From contig NC_069002.1 in the NCBI RefSeq assembly GCF_001194135.2, positions 21,880,548-21,919,318 on the forward strand: a stretch of 38,771 nucleotides of DNA, written 5' to 3'. Positions 23,146 through 35,300 of the stretch are shown here, piece by piece (position 1 is the first letter of the stretch; each line of letters begins with the position of its first letter). Source of the DNA: Octopus bimaculoides. Taxonomy: Eukaryota. The translations under genes were made by a program, and so were the position numbers. The notes under the pieces are model-generated. The model saw nothing but the letters and a program-made list of their open reading frames with translations. It was not told where the DNA came from and did not search any database.

Positions 23146-23663
23146 CAATCATTGTTTTTATAGAAAGCTATCATATTAGCCCTTAATATGTGAGTTCATC
23201 AAATAGTTCTAGTAAAACAGGTTACTAATTCCCTCACATATTAGAAGATTAAGATTAAAATTGATCACGATTCACAAAATTTATCTAATCATTCGTTATT
23301 TATTAACCTAAATTAGAACATATATTAAATCTTGATATATTCATGTAACAGCAAATACATACAAAAAATATATGTGCGTATGAGTATACGTGTATAAGTG
23401 TTTATATATACACGTGTACTTGTGGGACAATGTGTGTGTGTCTGTGTGCACATATATTCACGTTTTCGTATAAATTAGATGTGTTTGTTTAAATTTTTGT
23501 GTACATTTATGTATTAGGTATTATTATTTTTATTTTTATTTTTATCCTTATTTTTACTCCTATTACTATCACTTATAAGAAATATATAAAAATATATAAA
23601 TACGTATGCTTTATTGGATGTATGTACATTTTTGTGGACAGATATATTTATGCATAAGTTTCT

Positions 23664-23852
23664 CTATATATTCATATATGAGTGTATTTGTGAATTTGTA
23701 TGGGTGCGTATTTGTGTAAATGTATTTTTATATATAAAAAAATATATGTGTATATTTAGATGTATATATGTGTGTGTATATATATTTGTGTGTGTGTATA
23801 TAATTGTGTATACATGTGCATGTATGTGTGTATGTGTATGTATATATATGTA

Positions 23853-23897
<45 letters not shown>

Positions 23898-24992
23898 NNN
23901 NNNNNNNNNNNNNNNNNNNNNNNNNNNNNNNNNNNNNNNNNNNNNNNNNNNNNNNNNNNNNNNNNNNNNNNNNNNNNNNNNNNNNNNNNNNNNNNNNNNN
24001 NNNNNNNNNNNNNNNNNNNNNNNNNNNNNNNNNNNNNNNNNNNNNNNNNNNNNNNNNNNNNNNNNNNNNNNNNNNNNNNNNNNNNNNNNNNNNNNNNNNN
24101 NNNNNNNNNNNNNNNNNNNNNNNNNNNNNNNNNNNNNNNNNNNNNNNNNNNNNNNNNNNNNNNNNNNNNNNNNNNNNNNNNNNNNNNNNNNNNNNNNNNN
24201 NNNNNNNNNNNNNNNNNNNNNNNNNNNNNNNNNNNNNNNNNNNNNNNNNNNNNNNNNNNNNNNNNNNNNNNNNNNNNNNNNNNNNNNNNNNNNNNNNNNN
24301 NNNNNNNNNNNNNNNNNNNNNNNNNNNNNNNNNNNNNNNNNNNNNNNNNNNNNNNNNNNNNNNNNNNNNNNNNNNNNNNNNNNNNNNNNNNNNNNNNNNN
24401 NNNNNNNNNNNNNNNNNNNNNNNNNNNNNNNNNNNNNNNNNNNNNNNNNNNNNNNNNNNNNNNNNNNNNNNNNNNNNNNNNNNNNNNNNNNNNNNNNNNN
24501 NNNNNNNNNNNNNNNNNNNNNNNNNNNNNNNNNNNNNNNNNNNNNNNNNNNNNNNNNNNNNNNNNNNNNNNNNNNNNNNNNNNNNNNNNNNNNNNNNNNN
24601 NNNNNNNNNNNNNNNNNNNNNNNNNNNNNNNNNNNNNNNNNNNNNNNNNNNNNNNNNNNNNNNNNNNNNNNNNNNNNNNNNNNNNNNNNNNNNNNNNNNN
24701 NNNNNNNNNNNNNNNNNNNNNNNNNNNNNNNNNNNNNNNNNNNNNNNNNNNNNNNNNNNNNNNNNNNNNNNNNNNNCTATATATTCATATATGAGTGTAT
24801 TTGTGAATTTGTATGGGTGCGTATTTGTGTAAATGTATTTTTATATATAAAAAAATATATGTGTATATTTAGATGTATATATGTGTGTGTATATATATTT
24901 GTGTGTGTGTATATAATTGTGTATACATGTGCATGTATGTGTGTATGTGTATGTATATATATGTATATATGTGTGTATATATATATATATAT
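23664..24992. repeat. ~215-bp AT/GT-rich block duplicated identically on both sides of a gap
   Basis: 23664 to about 23879 is identical to 24777-24992 (offset 1113). Confidence 0.9.
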
Positions 24993-26424
24993 CTACAAGA
25001 AATGATTGGAAGAAAAAAGTGTATCTAGCATCATAGTATAACAGTTAGAAAGAAAGAACAGAAGCAGATTATCTGTGTGAATCTTTGCTGCGGGTTAAAT
25101 ATGTCGTCCAATGCAACTGCAAACATCCAACATTATAGACACAAACATTTTTCCCTACAGCCATATTTATCAGAAACTGTTCACTAAAACACTTATTTTG
25201 CAGAACAAACCAGTTGTAACCAAACTCTAGCTAACACCAAAACATCATGTATAATACATAAGTTATATTTATGCGTGCACGCACAATGCATGTATGCACA
25301 TATGTATACGTATTATTTTACAGCTTGGAATTTTTTGTAGTAACATTGATTGGATAATAACGCTGCTAAGTTGAATTAGAATGTTTCCTTGTAGTTGTTT
25401 GTTGATGTGATAATGGAGTTAATGGCGAAAATGGATGACGGTGCTGTTGTTTATAGTAAACTTAAAGAGAAAAGTACAAAAGTACACGTGGTGAGTCATA
25501 AACGCACAAGGTTTCGGAGAAAAGTACCAAAGCTGTCTTTCACTGCACTGGAGTCATAGAATATAATTTTATCTGTCGCTAAATTTCCTTGGAAGGAAAA
25601 TATTTGTTTTACGCTGAAAGCATCTTTACTATCAACTTTGTTTTTATTTCGTTTTTGTTTCTCTTTTGTGTTTATGTTTAGTGGAATAAAATGTATACCA
25701 TTAAAAACAATTTAATAAATCTATTTTTCACTTTAGCATATGTTGTTTCGTAAAAGCCAAAAACCTCAAAACATTATCTATATTTAGTCGTTTAACCTTA
25801 GATTTTATTAAAATTCCTCTAAATTTTTTCAATGTTTTTTAAAAAAAATAACCGCTTCTCTGAAGTTTATGTTTTCATAATCAGAGATTCAGAATATTAA
25901 ATTTAAAAAATAAGAAAAAAAGATAATTTTAATCCAATGATTTTTAAATATATTTTTTAATATAATCACATGGATACAAAAAACGAATAAATTTAAAAAA
26001 TCATAGCATATGTATGTATTTAAAATGCCCCTTGCTTCAATAGACTTAAGAGCAGAAGGTAACTATAAATGCAGAGAAAATATATTTACACTCTTTAAAC
26101 ATAAATCAAACGCAATATATTTCTATAAAAAAAAGAATTACATTTTCTGTTCGAAATCGAACATATATAAAAAAAAAACGAAAATAGAAAGTAGCATTGT
26201 AAATTCCCTAATCATAATAAGTTCCTGATTCTAAAAGTACTTCTTTTTCAGATTCTTAATCTCTGGTATTTAAAACACAAGATTCCAAAGACCATTTGGT
26301 TCTTTTCTAAAACGGATGATATAAGTAAATTGGTTAAAACATCCAAGTTAACAGAAACAAATGTCACACTGGCTGGTATTGGAATATAATTCTTTCTAAT
26401 GTTGGAACAAGTATAAGATTTTTC

Positions 26425-26612
26425 AGGCGAGGGATTAGTCAATTACAGAGACTCCAGTACTTAACTAGTATTTAATTTTATCGATCACGAAAGGTTGAAA
26501 AGTAAAGTCCACCTCGGTGACATTCTGAGTTCACTCAGAATGTAAAGAGCTGAGAAAAATGCCGCTAAGCATTTTGTCTGACGCACTAACGATCCCGTCA
26601 TCTCACCGCCTT
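26425..26612 (-). mobile_element. SINE (10618 family)
   Basis: Reverse complement begins aaggcggtgagatgacgggatcgttagtgcgtcagacaaaatgcttagcggcattt. Confidence 0.8.
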
Positions 26613-26789
26613 CTGAACTGCATTATAATACTTCATAAATGTGATGGTAGTTGTCCCTTGTAGTCCAAGAAAGATGGTTCTGCAATTTCTTGCTGAACAC
26701 AGATAATTTTTTTTTATAGTAATCAAATATGTAAGTGTGCTGTACATTAGCTCACTCCTTTCATCAAATCAACGCTACTCGTACAGGTA

Positions 26790-26925
26790 CACGGTATACC
26801 ATACGTCAGGTGTCGAGATGAAGTGTTTTGCTCAGGAACACAACATACCACACGTTCCAGCATTTAAAACCACGAGCCTGCCGTTGTGAGTGCAACACCC
26901 TAGTCACTAGGATATGCACCCTCTT
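26790..26925 (-). mobile_element. decayed SINE of the 15703/3486 family
   Basis: Reverse complement cctagtgactagggtgttgcactcacaacggcaggctcgtgg...gttgtgttcctgagcaaaacactt. Confidence 0.65.
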
Positions 26926-27273
26926 TATACATGTGTCTCAATTTACATCCTCAATGTATGGTATTTGTCTAATGAAGATTAATGGTCATGTGACCCGTGA
27001 AATTTCCACAGGTTCCTCCTGTTTATCTTCATTGCTATCAACTATTTTACATGATAAAAAATTAATAATTAATTAATTAATTGGCTCCAGACCAAATAAT
27101 TACTTATCTGATTTATTAATTAAAATTATCTAATAAGTTTCCCCACTGTTGATTGTGTATTGCTTACATTTAATTAGTTTATTAATGTGTTTTTATTTTT
27201 ATTTTTATTTATTTATTTATTTTTTTGTAAAAACATTTCGTTTCAGATTCTTCTGATATCTGCGACAAGGTAT

Positions 27274-27367
27274 TTATAAAGATTCTTCCATCTGAACACT
27301 GGATGAGACAACTTCGGAAATCCCATATGTTATTGGTTCCTCCTCTTCTAATTTCAAATCTACATCG
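27274..27367 (-). pseudogene. C-terminal tail of the pogo/Tigger transposase relic, displaced by the RTE insertion
   Basis: Joins in frame to 30334: ...LLTF|DVDLKLEEEEPITYGISEVVSSSVQMEESL*, an acidic tail. Confidence 0.5.
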
Positions 27368-30299
27368 CATGGAGGAGAAGGGTTTGCAAGCTTAAAGATT
27401 CTGCGAATGGACAGAGATTTAGAGACTTATTACTCGGAGCCTTTGACGAAATAGAAGGGGATATAACTTCACACGATGTAGAAGACATCTGAAGGTTTCT
27501 ACGCGACAACCTGCTGAGGGCCACTGACCAGATCTGTGGATAGCGCAAATTCTTATCTCGACCCAAAATAACGTGGTGGTGGAGCAATGTTGTTAACAGG
27601 GCTATTAGACAAAAGAAACAGGCTCGGAAGGACTGGAAGAACGATGGTAGTAGGGAATTGTATCAAACTGCCAGAAGAGAAGCTAGGCGACAGGTTTATT
27701 TAGCCAGAAGGGAAGCAGATAAGAAAAAAAATTGCCAATGTTCTGCGCCGGGAAGACCAAAGACTTGAAGTATTTCGTGTTGCAAGACAGTGTGTGAGAG
27801 AGAATCGTGATGTCATGGGAGAGAGATATGTCCGCACGGATGATGGTACACTTGCACTAAGCGAGGCTGCAAAGAGAGAGATTTGGAGACGCCACTACGA
27901 AAGATTGCTTAATAAAGAGAATAAATGGGAGGAAGAGAGTCTGCCGAATGTCGACTCAACAAAGGGACCAGCTATCCGAGTTGACAGTACCATGGTAGAT
28001 AAAGCAATTAAGAGTATGAAGACAGGGAAAGCCCCCGGCCCATCTGGAATCACTGCAGAGATGCTCAAAATATCTGGCAGTGTCGGCTNNNNNNNNNNNN
28101 NNNNNNNNNNNNNNNNNNNNNNNNNNNNNNNNNNNNNNNNNNNNNNNNNNNNNNNNNNNNNNNNNNNNNNNNNNNNNGACGCTTTAGATACAAATAATTA
28201 CAGAGGCATCTAGCTGTTATATCAGGTAATGAAAGTCACGGAGAGGGTCATAGCCCAACTAATTAGAGAGTGAATCAATTTAGATGAGATGCAGTTTGGG
28301 TTCGTGCCAGGGAAAAGCACCACTGATGCCATATTTCTGGTAAGACAGCTGCAGGAGAAATACCTAGCCAAAGATAAACCTCTGTACCTGGCTTTCGTTG
28401 ACATGGAGAAAGTCTTTGACAGGGTCCCCCGATCCCTTATCTGGTGGTCAATGAGGAAACTTGGGATAGAAGAATGGTTAGTGAGAGCTGTGCGAGTCAT
28501 GTACAGAGGTGCTGTCAGTAAGGTGAGGGTTGGAAATGAGTACAGTAATGAATTTCGGGTAGAGGTAGGGGTCCACCAACGCTCTGTCCTCAGCCCCCTC
28601 CTATTTATCATAGTCCTCCAGGCGATAACACAGGAATTCAAGACAGGATGCCCCTTGGAGTTCTCTATGCTGATAACCTTGCCCTAATTGCTGAGTCACT
28701 TTCAGAACTAGAGGAGAAGTTTCAGGTGTGGAAGCAAGAACTAGAATCGAAGGACCTTAGAGTAAACCTAGCTAAAACCAAACTCCTAATAAGTAGGAAG
28801 GTAGACAAAACACAAACCCCTTAAGGTAGATGGCCCTGCTCGATCTGTAGAAAAGGCGTAGGTAGTAACTCTATAAGATGTACCCAATGTAAGCTATGGA
28901 CACATAAGAGGTGCAGCAATATCAAAGGAAGGCTAACTAGGAAGTTAGTTTTTGTATGTGGCAGATGTTCAAGAGCAATAAACACTGAAAATGTGCAGAA
29001 AACAACATCTGCTACATTCCAGAGATAAAACCTAGACGTAGTTGATAGCTTCCGTTATCAAGGTGACCAAGTTAATAGTGGGGGAGGGTGCACTGAAAGT
29101 GAAGCTGCTAGAATAAGAATAGCCTGGGCAAAGTTCAGAGAGCTCTTACCTCTGCTGGTGACACACGGCCTCTCGCTCAGAGTAAAAGGCAGACTGTATG
29201 ACGCATGTGCACGAACAGTCATGCTACATGGCAGTGAAACATGGGCCGTGACTGCTGAGGACATGCGTAACCTTCCAAGGAATGAAGACAGTATGCTCCG
29301 AAGGATGTGTAATGTCAGTGTTGCATACTCGACAGCGTGTAAGTACTTTGAGAGAAAAGTTGAACCTAAGAAGCATCAGTCGTGGTGTGCAAGAGAGACG
29401 ATTGCGCTGGTATGGTCATGTGGCGAGAATGGATGAGGATAGCGAGAATGGATGAGGATAGCGAGAATGGATGACGATAGCTGTTGAGGGGAACCTGTGG
29501 AAGAGGTAGACACAGGAAGACCTAGGATGAGGTCGTGAAGCACGACCTTCGAACATTAGGCCTCACCGAGGCAATGACCTGTGACCGAGATCTTTGGAAA
29601 TATGCTGTGCGTGAGAAGACCCGACAAACCGAGTTAGACCATAATCCGAGTCCTCTGCCAGGGGTGTAGCCAGCCACTTATGCGTACCTTTCCTTCATTG
29701 GACACTAAACTCCGCTTGCGAAGACCTGTTGAGGCAAATGAAATCGAAATCGAACCAAACTCGACGACTGGCACCCATGCCAACCTCTCCTTCATTGGAC
29801 ACTAAACTCGACTTGCGAAGACCTGTTGGGGCAAATGAAATCGAAATCGAAATCGTGATGGCACCTGTACTAGTGGAGCGCTAAGAGCACCGTCCGAGCG
29901 TGATCATTGTCAGAGCAGCTGCCTGGCTTCCGTGCCAGAGGCACGTAAATAGCACCATCTGAGCGTGATCGTTACCAGTGTCGCCTTACTGGCACTTGTT
30001 CTGGTGGCACGTGAAAAAAAATATTCGAGCGAGGTCGTTGCCAGTGCCGCTGGACTGGCTCCTGTGCAGGTAAAATACATCATTTTGAGCGTGGCCGTTG
30101 CCAGTACCACCTGACTGGCCTTCTTGCCGGTGGCACGTAAAAGCACCCACTAAACTCTCGGAGTAGTTGGCGTTAGGAAGGGCATCCAGCTGTAGAAACT
30201 CTGCCAAATCAGATTGGATCCTGTTGTAGCCATCTGGTTTGCCAGTCCTCAGTCAAATCGTCCAACCCATACTAGCATGGAAGGCGGACGTTAAACGAA

Positions 30300-30333
<34 letters not shown>
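27368..30333 (+). mobile_element. RTE-clade LINE, 5'-truncated and decayed (RT, PHD-like finger, long 3' UTR, (GAT)n tail)
   Basis: TWWWSNVV, GKAPGPSGI, QFGFVPGKSTTDAIF, LAFVDMEKVFDRVP, GVHQRSVLSPLLF, YADN (28666-28677), FRYQGD, MLHGSETW, LRWYGHVAR. 3' end ggcgttaggaagggcatccagc...ggacgttaaacg followed by (gat)n. Several stops and frameshifts. Confidence 0.93.
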
Positions 30334-30336
<3 letters not shown>

Positions 30337-31430
30337 GTTAGCAGTTTTGCATCAGATGCCAACCATTTTCAAAATTCTTCTCGTACATCGTCTAGCGTGC
30401 TTTCAAGAATTTCGTATTACAAACCTCTAATTTGTTAACAAAATTTTTAGCACTTCTTTACAAAAATCTGTCTTTTCAAAAACAAAAAATACTTCTGAAC
30501 TGCTTTCTCTGGGACTTGCTGCCATAGTATTTCTAGCAGATATAAATGCCCCAAGAAATGAAATCTGTTCTGAAATTACATTTGCATTAAATTTTCTTTG
30601 AATTTGTTTAATATTTTTGAAAAATTTCCTCTTCGATTAATAAGCTTTTAAATCTAGTATGATGTCTTAGTCACGTGACTGATTTAATTATGTATTGTTC
30701 GAAAGCAGAAAAATTAGTTTGATGTTACTGAATAGCAAATCATTTCTGTGTGCCGTAAATTATCAACTAACATGACAAGTTTTGCTTTAATAATAATTCT
30801 CATTGAAATATGCAGTTATTAAAAAGTCATAAACACATTATATAAAACATTAATGAACAAATAAACTTCTAACACCCGTAAAACACCAAAAGGACTTTTT
30901 TTCAGTTTCCAAACATCAGATGCTCTGTTTTTGTCGTTTCATATTACCGTAAAACAATGCTGTTATCTCCATCTGTTCAAATTTTAAGTCCTTTGAAATG
31001 TTCATTTTAAAAATAAAATGTATATTCGTGCATGGCACGAAAATAAAGTGTTTCACTTTTCGTTGTAAACAATTTCGGGAGATTATTTTGCATTAATTTA
31101 GGGCCATCCTCAGTTCAGCGTTTTATCACCATGGACGTCATTCAATACAATATACTCTCGCATTTTCTACTTTTTTTAACTATCCCTCCTCCGTTGGTGC
31201 AAAATGTTTTCTTCACCTTTTTGCTTTGTAAAATCTTCTGCTTTATGTTGCATCATCAATTTTTCCATAAATTGATTCTTTGTCTTCACAATTATTGATA
31301 AACCAAATTTTCATTCTGACTACCTTTACTGGACCGCACTCTTCAATAATCGACATTGTCTTTCATTTCTACTGAAAATGTTTTAATGAATTGCTGTTAT
31401 AATTAGCGTGTGTGGGGATGATTCAATGCA
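30334..31430 (-). pseudogene. pogo/Tigger (CENP-B-like, DDE_1) DNA transposase relic
   Basis: Frameshifted minus-strand pieces: SPEIVYN...TLYFRAM (cf. PENIFNADETGLFFR), ITALFYGNM, WCFTGVRSL, KLVMLVDN (30759-30770), FSNIKLIFLLSNNT*LNQSRD*DII (cf. NIKLVFLPPNTTS.LQPLDQGII), VREEF*KWL. Confidence 0.75.
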
Positions 31431-31693
31431 TTCCAAAACCTTTTAGTTTTCTTTGTAGACAAAAGTTTAGGGGTCTTATTTTCTTTCATCTAATTCAGCA
31501 GCGTTTTATAGAGTATATGCATTATATATGTGGGTATGCGTGAGTGTATGAACGTATGTATGCATGTATGAATGTACGTACGTATGTATATCAACGCTAT
31601 TAAAAACCCTTCAAAACTCTCAGCGACAGTCGTTTCTCTTCTCATTAAACATTAATATACATACATGCTTACATATACACATATATGTGTATG

Positions 31694-31734
<41 letters not shown>

Positions 31735-32003
31735 NNNNNNNNNNNNNNNNNNNNNNNNNNNNNNNNNNNNNNNNNNNNNNNNNNNNNNNNNNNNNNNNNN
31801 NNNNNNNNNNNNNNNNNNNNNNNNNNNNNNNNNNNNNNNNNNNNNNNNNNNNNNNNNNNNNNNNNNNNNNNNNNNNNNNNNNNNNNNNNNNNNNNNNNNN
31901 NNNNNNNNNNNNNNNNNNNTACATACATACATACATAACAACATACGCATACACACACATATACCTACGTATATATATATACCTACAAACATACACACAC
32001 ACA

Positions 32004-32040
<37 letters not shown>

Positions 32041-32699
32041 TATCTCATATACTTCTAGTATTGTTTATCTGTCACATCTGATAAAATATTTTCAAGTTGG
32101 TTTGTCCTCGTTTCTTTATTTTATTCAATTTATTTTTTCCATTAATTTTCTTAAAATCTGTGTTTCTTTAATTTTTGTCATTCTTTTGCTTCAATTTGAA
32201 ACTCTAGCAAATTGTTTCGATCTTTTATTTGTATATTTTAGTTTTCTTGATTCTTTGTTCTTTTCTTTGTTTTTCATTGTTTAATTTTTTTTTCTTTTTA
32301 CCCATTTATTTTAATTCCTTTTTATTTGAGTTTATTTATTGTTTACTAAATCCTCTTGAAATACGCTCACAACGATCGCACCTTCTAATGAAACACTGAA
32401 TATCCATTATAGAAATGCAAATTACTTCCTTTAATAAACGTAATGAATTTAATTTTCTTGCTGTGGGCCGTGAAATTGGAAGAATTTGTATAACTGAATC
32501 AAGATTTCATTCGTGACATGTTGTGGTGTGTTTTTTTTCTTCCATTTCTCTCATTAAATGTACCAACAAGAGTGTTAAATGTTTGCGCTTGATTTCCCTA
32601 ACCCATCATCATCATGTAGTTTATTGAATGTAAGGCTCATCCCTGGCAAAAGATCCGAACAGCGCGAAAAAGTGCAACTAGGGTAAAGCGATCTTACAG

Positions 32700-32960
32700 G
32701 AGAAACAGTTCGTGTCTCCGAGTAGATTTGTCGGTAAATAACTATGTCCAGTAGAATGAAACTTCGCTGTTCACCTGTCTTCCATACGCAAGTTAGCTAA
32801 CCGAGAGATGAGCTCCACCTGGCGGAGATTCTTGAATTTCAGAAACTTTGTGAAAACCAAAACTACGATGACTCGATATGGGAACCTCTTTGTGATCGAT
32901 TGATCAGCTACTGAATTGACACACGAATCCACGCCAAATGACACACTGAATGATATAATC
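32700..32960 (+). mobile_element. possible Ty3/gypsy gag relic
   Basis: LAEILEFQKLCENQNYDDSIWEPLCDRLISY*IDTRIHAK resembles the gag motif LR.LA..C.F...L...LRDRL..GI....IQ..LL. Several stops; no LTR seen. Confidence 0.3.
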
Positions 32961-33329
32961 TCAGGTAGACAATGTTCGACTAATTAGAATTAGACTGGTT
33001 TGATGCTAAACAACAACGAAAACCTCGATGGTTATTTGATTCTTAACAATGGCGCACGAAGAAATTCCATTCCTTATTTAAATATTGTTTTGGTATATTG
33101 CATTTGTCCATGTTGTTATTTGTGGTGGTGGTGACTGTTGTTGCTGTAGATGGTGGTGGCACCGGCGGCGGTAGTCNNNNNNNNNNTGGTGGTGGTGGTG
33201 GTGGTGGTGGTGTTTACCTCCATATAAGAGGAAATTATCGATCAATTGATTAGGTGTAATCCATGAATACACAAAGTCTTCGCCCAGTAAACACTCTGAC
33301 TGTACTCTCGCACTTGTTGGGATTCGTTG

Positions 33330-33690
33330 CATTGTAGCATTCCAGCCAAACACGTTCCAGCCATAACCAACACGTCCTATCCAGAAATATAGAACTTAAT
33401 GCCCTCTTTCTCCTTTGAAAAGGTAGGATATAATTTGTGGAAAGTTGGCTGCTATTTCTAGCAGGTGGAACGACTGCATGGAGACTCCTTTCTTAGCTAA
33501 TAATTGATGTTATAGTCAAATTTAATCTGGTCGATTAAACCAGTGCATAAAGGCACTTCAACCGTGTCCATCTCGTATAAGTATATTGGATTAAATTATG
33601 TCATTTTCGTAAGATGGTATAGTGTGCTTCGAGGGAGATTTGACTGTTATTTCTAGTAGATCAAGTGACTGGGTGGAGGCTCCTTCAATG
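33330..33690. repeat. two decayed copies of the unclassified repeat seen at 7640-7810
   Basis: agcattccagcc (about 33336), gctatttctagcagg (33451-33465), gagggagatttgactgttatttctagtagatcaag...gaggctcc (33631-33683). Confidence 0.55.
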
Positions 33691-33929
33691 GCTCAAGAAC
33701 GCTAGTGGCAGATTCTTATAGGGATTAGAAGCTGACAGTTGGACACAGTCACTATTTGGTGGTTATTGTGATGGTTTCTTTACAATTAACAGGTTTGAAG
33801 TCCAAGGAGATATTGATTCTGCTGCTATTTAAATGTATATCGATGTTTTTATGTTTGTCTGCACTAAATGAAAGAGTTAATGCTTTTAGTATGATGTACC
33901 AGTATGTTAAGCGGTGAGGGGGGGGGGTC

Positions 33930-35300
33930 GTTCCTCTAGTTGTTTGAGAGTTATTGTAGTTCTTGTAGAGATTGCTTGGGGGATAAACTTTGGTCTTTGT
34001 CTATGTAGTTTTGTTGTAATTTTGTTACATTGTTTAGTTGTAGTCATTAAGTAATGATCTCTGTGTAATAATGCTTCGTTATTTAGGTGTGGTTATTAGA
34101 TGTGATTCTTACGTAGTTATATTTCGTTATTTAGCTGTGATCTGTAGGTGCGATCTCCCTGTAGATATCTTCAGTGTGATTTCTCTACAGTCTCTAAAGA
34201 GATGAAATGAGCAGGGTTTTTTTTCTTTTTTACTGAATATGACTTTGTTTTCTGTTTTGTCTTTGATTAAATTGGAATTCTTGGATAGAACTGTCAGTTT
34301 CCATAAGAAATTCAAAATGCATAGTTTGCAGATTAAAGTGCTTTATAAGTGTGGTTAGAATGTGATATTTATGAGCACTCGTTTTTCTCTCCTTCACGTC
34401 TTCTGTGAATGTTATAGATATCCTGGCTGAAATTACTATGACATCTTATCTATCTTCTATGTGTGTGTGGCATGGTTATATCTTTGAGTATTACTGCAGC
34501 TGATATTTGATGTTCTCTAATGTTGCTGCAAAGAAAGGACACAGTAGATTCGCGCTTTTTAATCTATTTGACACCCGATTTCAGTTCGGTATTTTAGACT
34601 TGGAATAACAGTGCAGCTGTGCTTGGGGAGTAGTGTGAGGATGTGAAATCGCGTCATCTACGTATAAACCTGATGAATGCTTTGTAGATCTGAGTATAGC
34701 TTGTAAAGAATAAAAACGTAGGTAAGAACGATTCTGGTGATTCACCGTTTGGCAGATTCTAGATATTTTCTAATTGTATTCTACATAGGCTTCAAGATTT
34801 CCAGTAGATTCGTCCTACAATGTTGATGATTTCAATAATTAATTCTTGCTCTTGATTATGCTTTATGCGTTCGTTATTGATTTCATCGCTTTCCAAGTAT
34901 TAGCTCTTGGGGATTTTCTTATTTCACTCATAGAAGGGTCAATGTCATTGATAGATTCAGCTTTAGTGTGGTTTGTCTCACGTCAAACGTAAATTATTAA
35001 TGTTTGAAACTTGGTGGAAGAATATGATGATGATATTTCTGTGTTCGATTGTTCAATGATCATTATATTTGCTGCGTGTTATAGACGAGTACTGATGTGT
35101 AGTATTTGTTGTGGACCTTAATTCCTATAAAGATATTTCTTTCGTTTGTATAATTATTGTTGTGTGCTTACTTATGTGATTAGGAGTTGGATTGGTTCCA
35201 GAATGTTTTGAATGTTTCCATAATTAATCTATTGAGTGTAGGTAGGTTCTGTGGTAGAATTGATGATTTTTAGCTAAATTTTATAAACAATGCCGTTTTC
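33930..35300 (-). mobile_element. ancient LINE reverse-transcriptase relic (Jockey/I/CR1-like)
   Basis: Minus strand GESPESFLPTFLF (cf. GVPQGSVLSPTLF), followed at the expected distance by GLYVDD (YVDD at 34653-34664). A-rich minus strand with many stops and frameshifts. Confidence 0.5.

Noticed and set aside
26252-26389. Acceptor-like ttctttttcAG followed by 45 open codons (ILNLWYLKHKIPKTIWFF...)
   Set aside because: No homology recognised and no strong donor; AT-rich background produces such sites often.
27120-27150. Possible Tigger-like TIR end (ttatctaataagtttccccactg)
   Set aside because: No matching partner end was found, and its orientation does not fit the transposase relic.
27247-27269. 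Apparent 23-nt micro-exon (tttcAG...aag|GTATTT)
   Set aside because: It lies directly beyond the stop of the pogo relic on the opposite strand and is probably coincidental.
29423-29481. Short direct repeats (here and at 37265-37368) as a CRISPR array
   Set aside because: They are contiguous tandem repeats with no spacers, in eukaryotic DNA.
30669-30680. agtcacgtgact palindrome (E-box/CLEAR-like)
   Set aside because: It lies within the decayed transposase QPLD-equivalent codons, with no promoter context.
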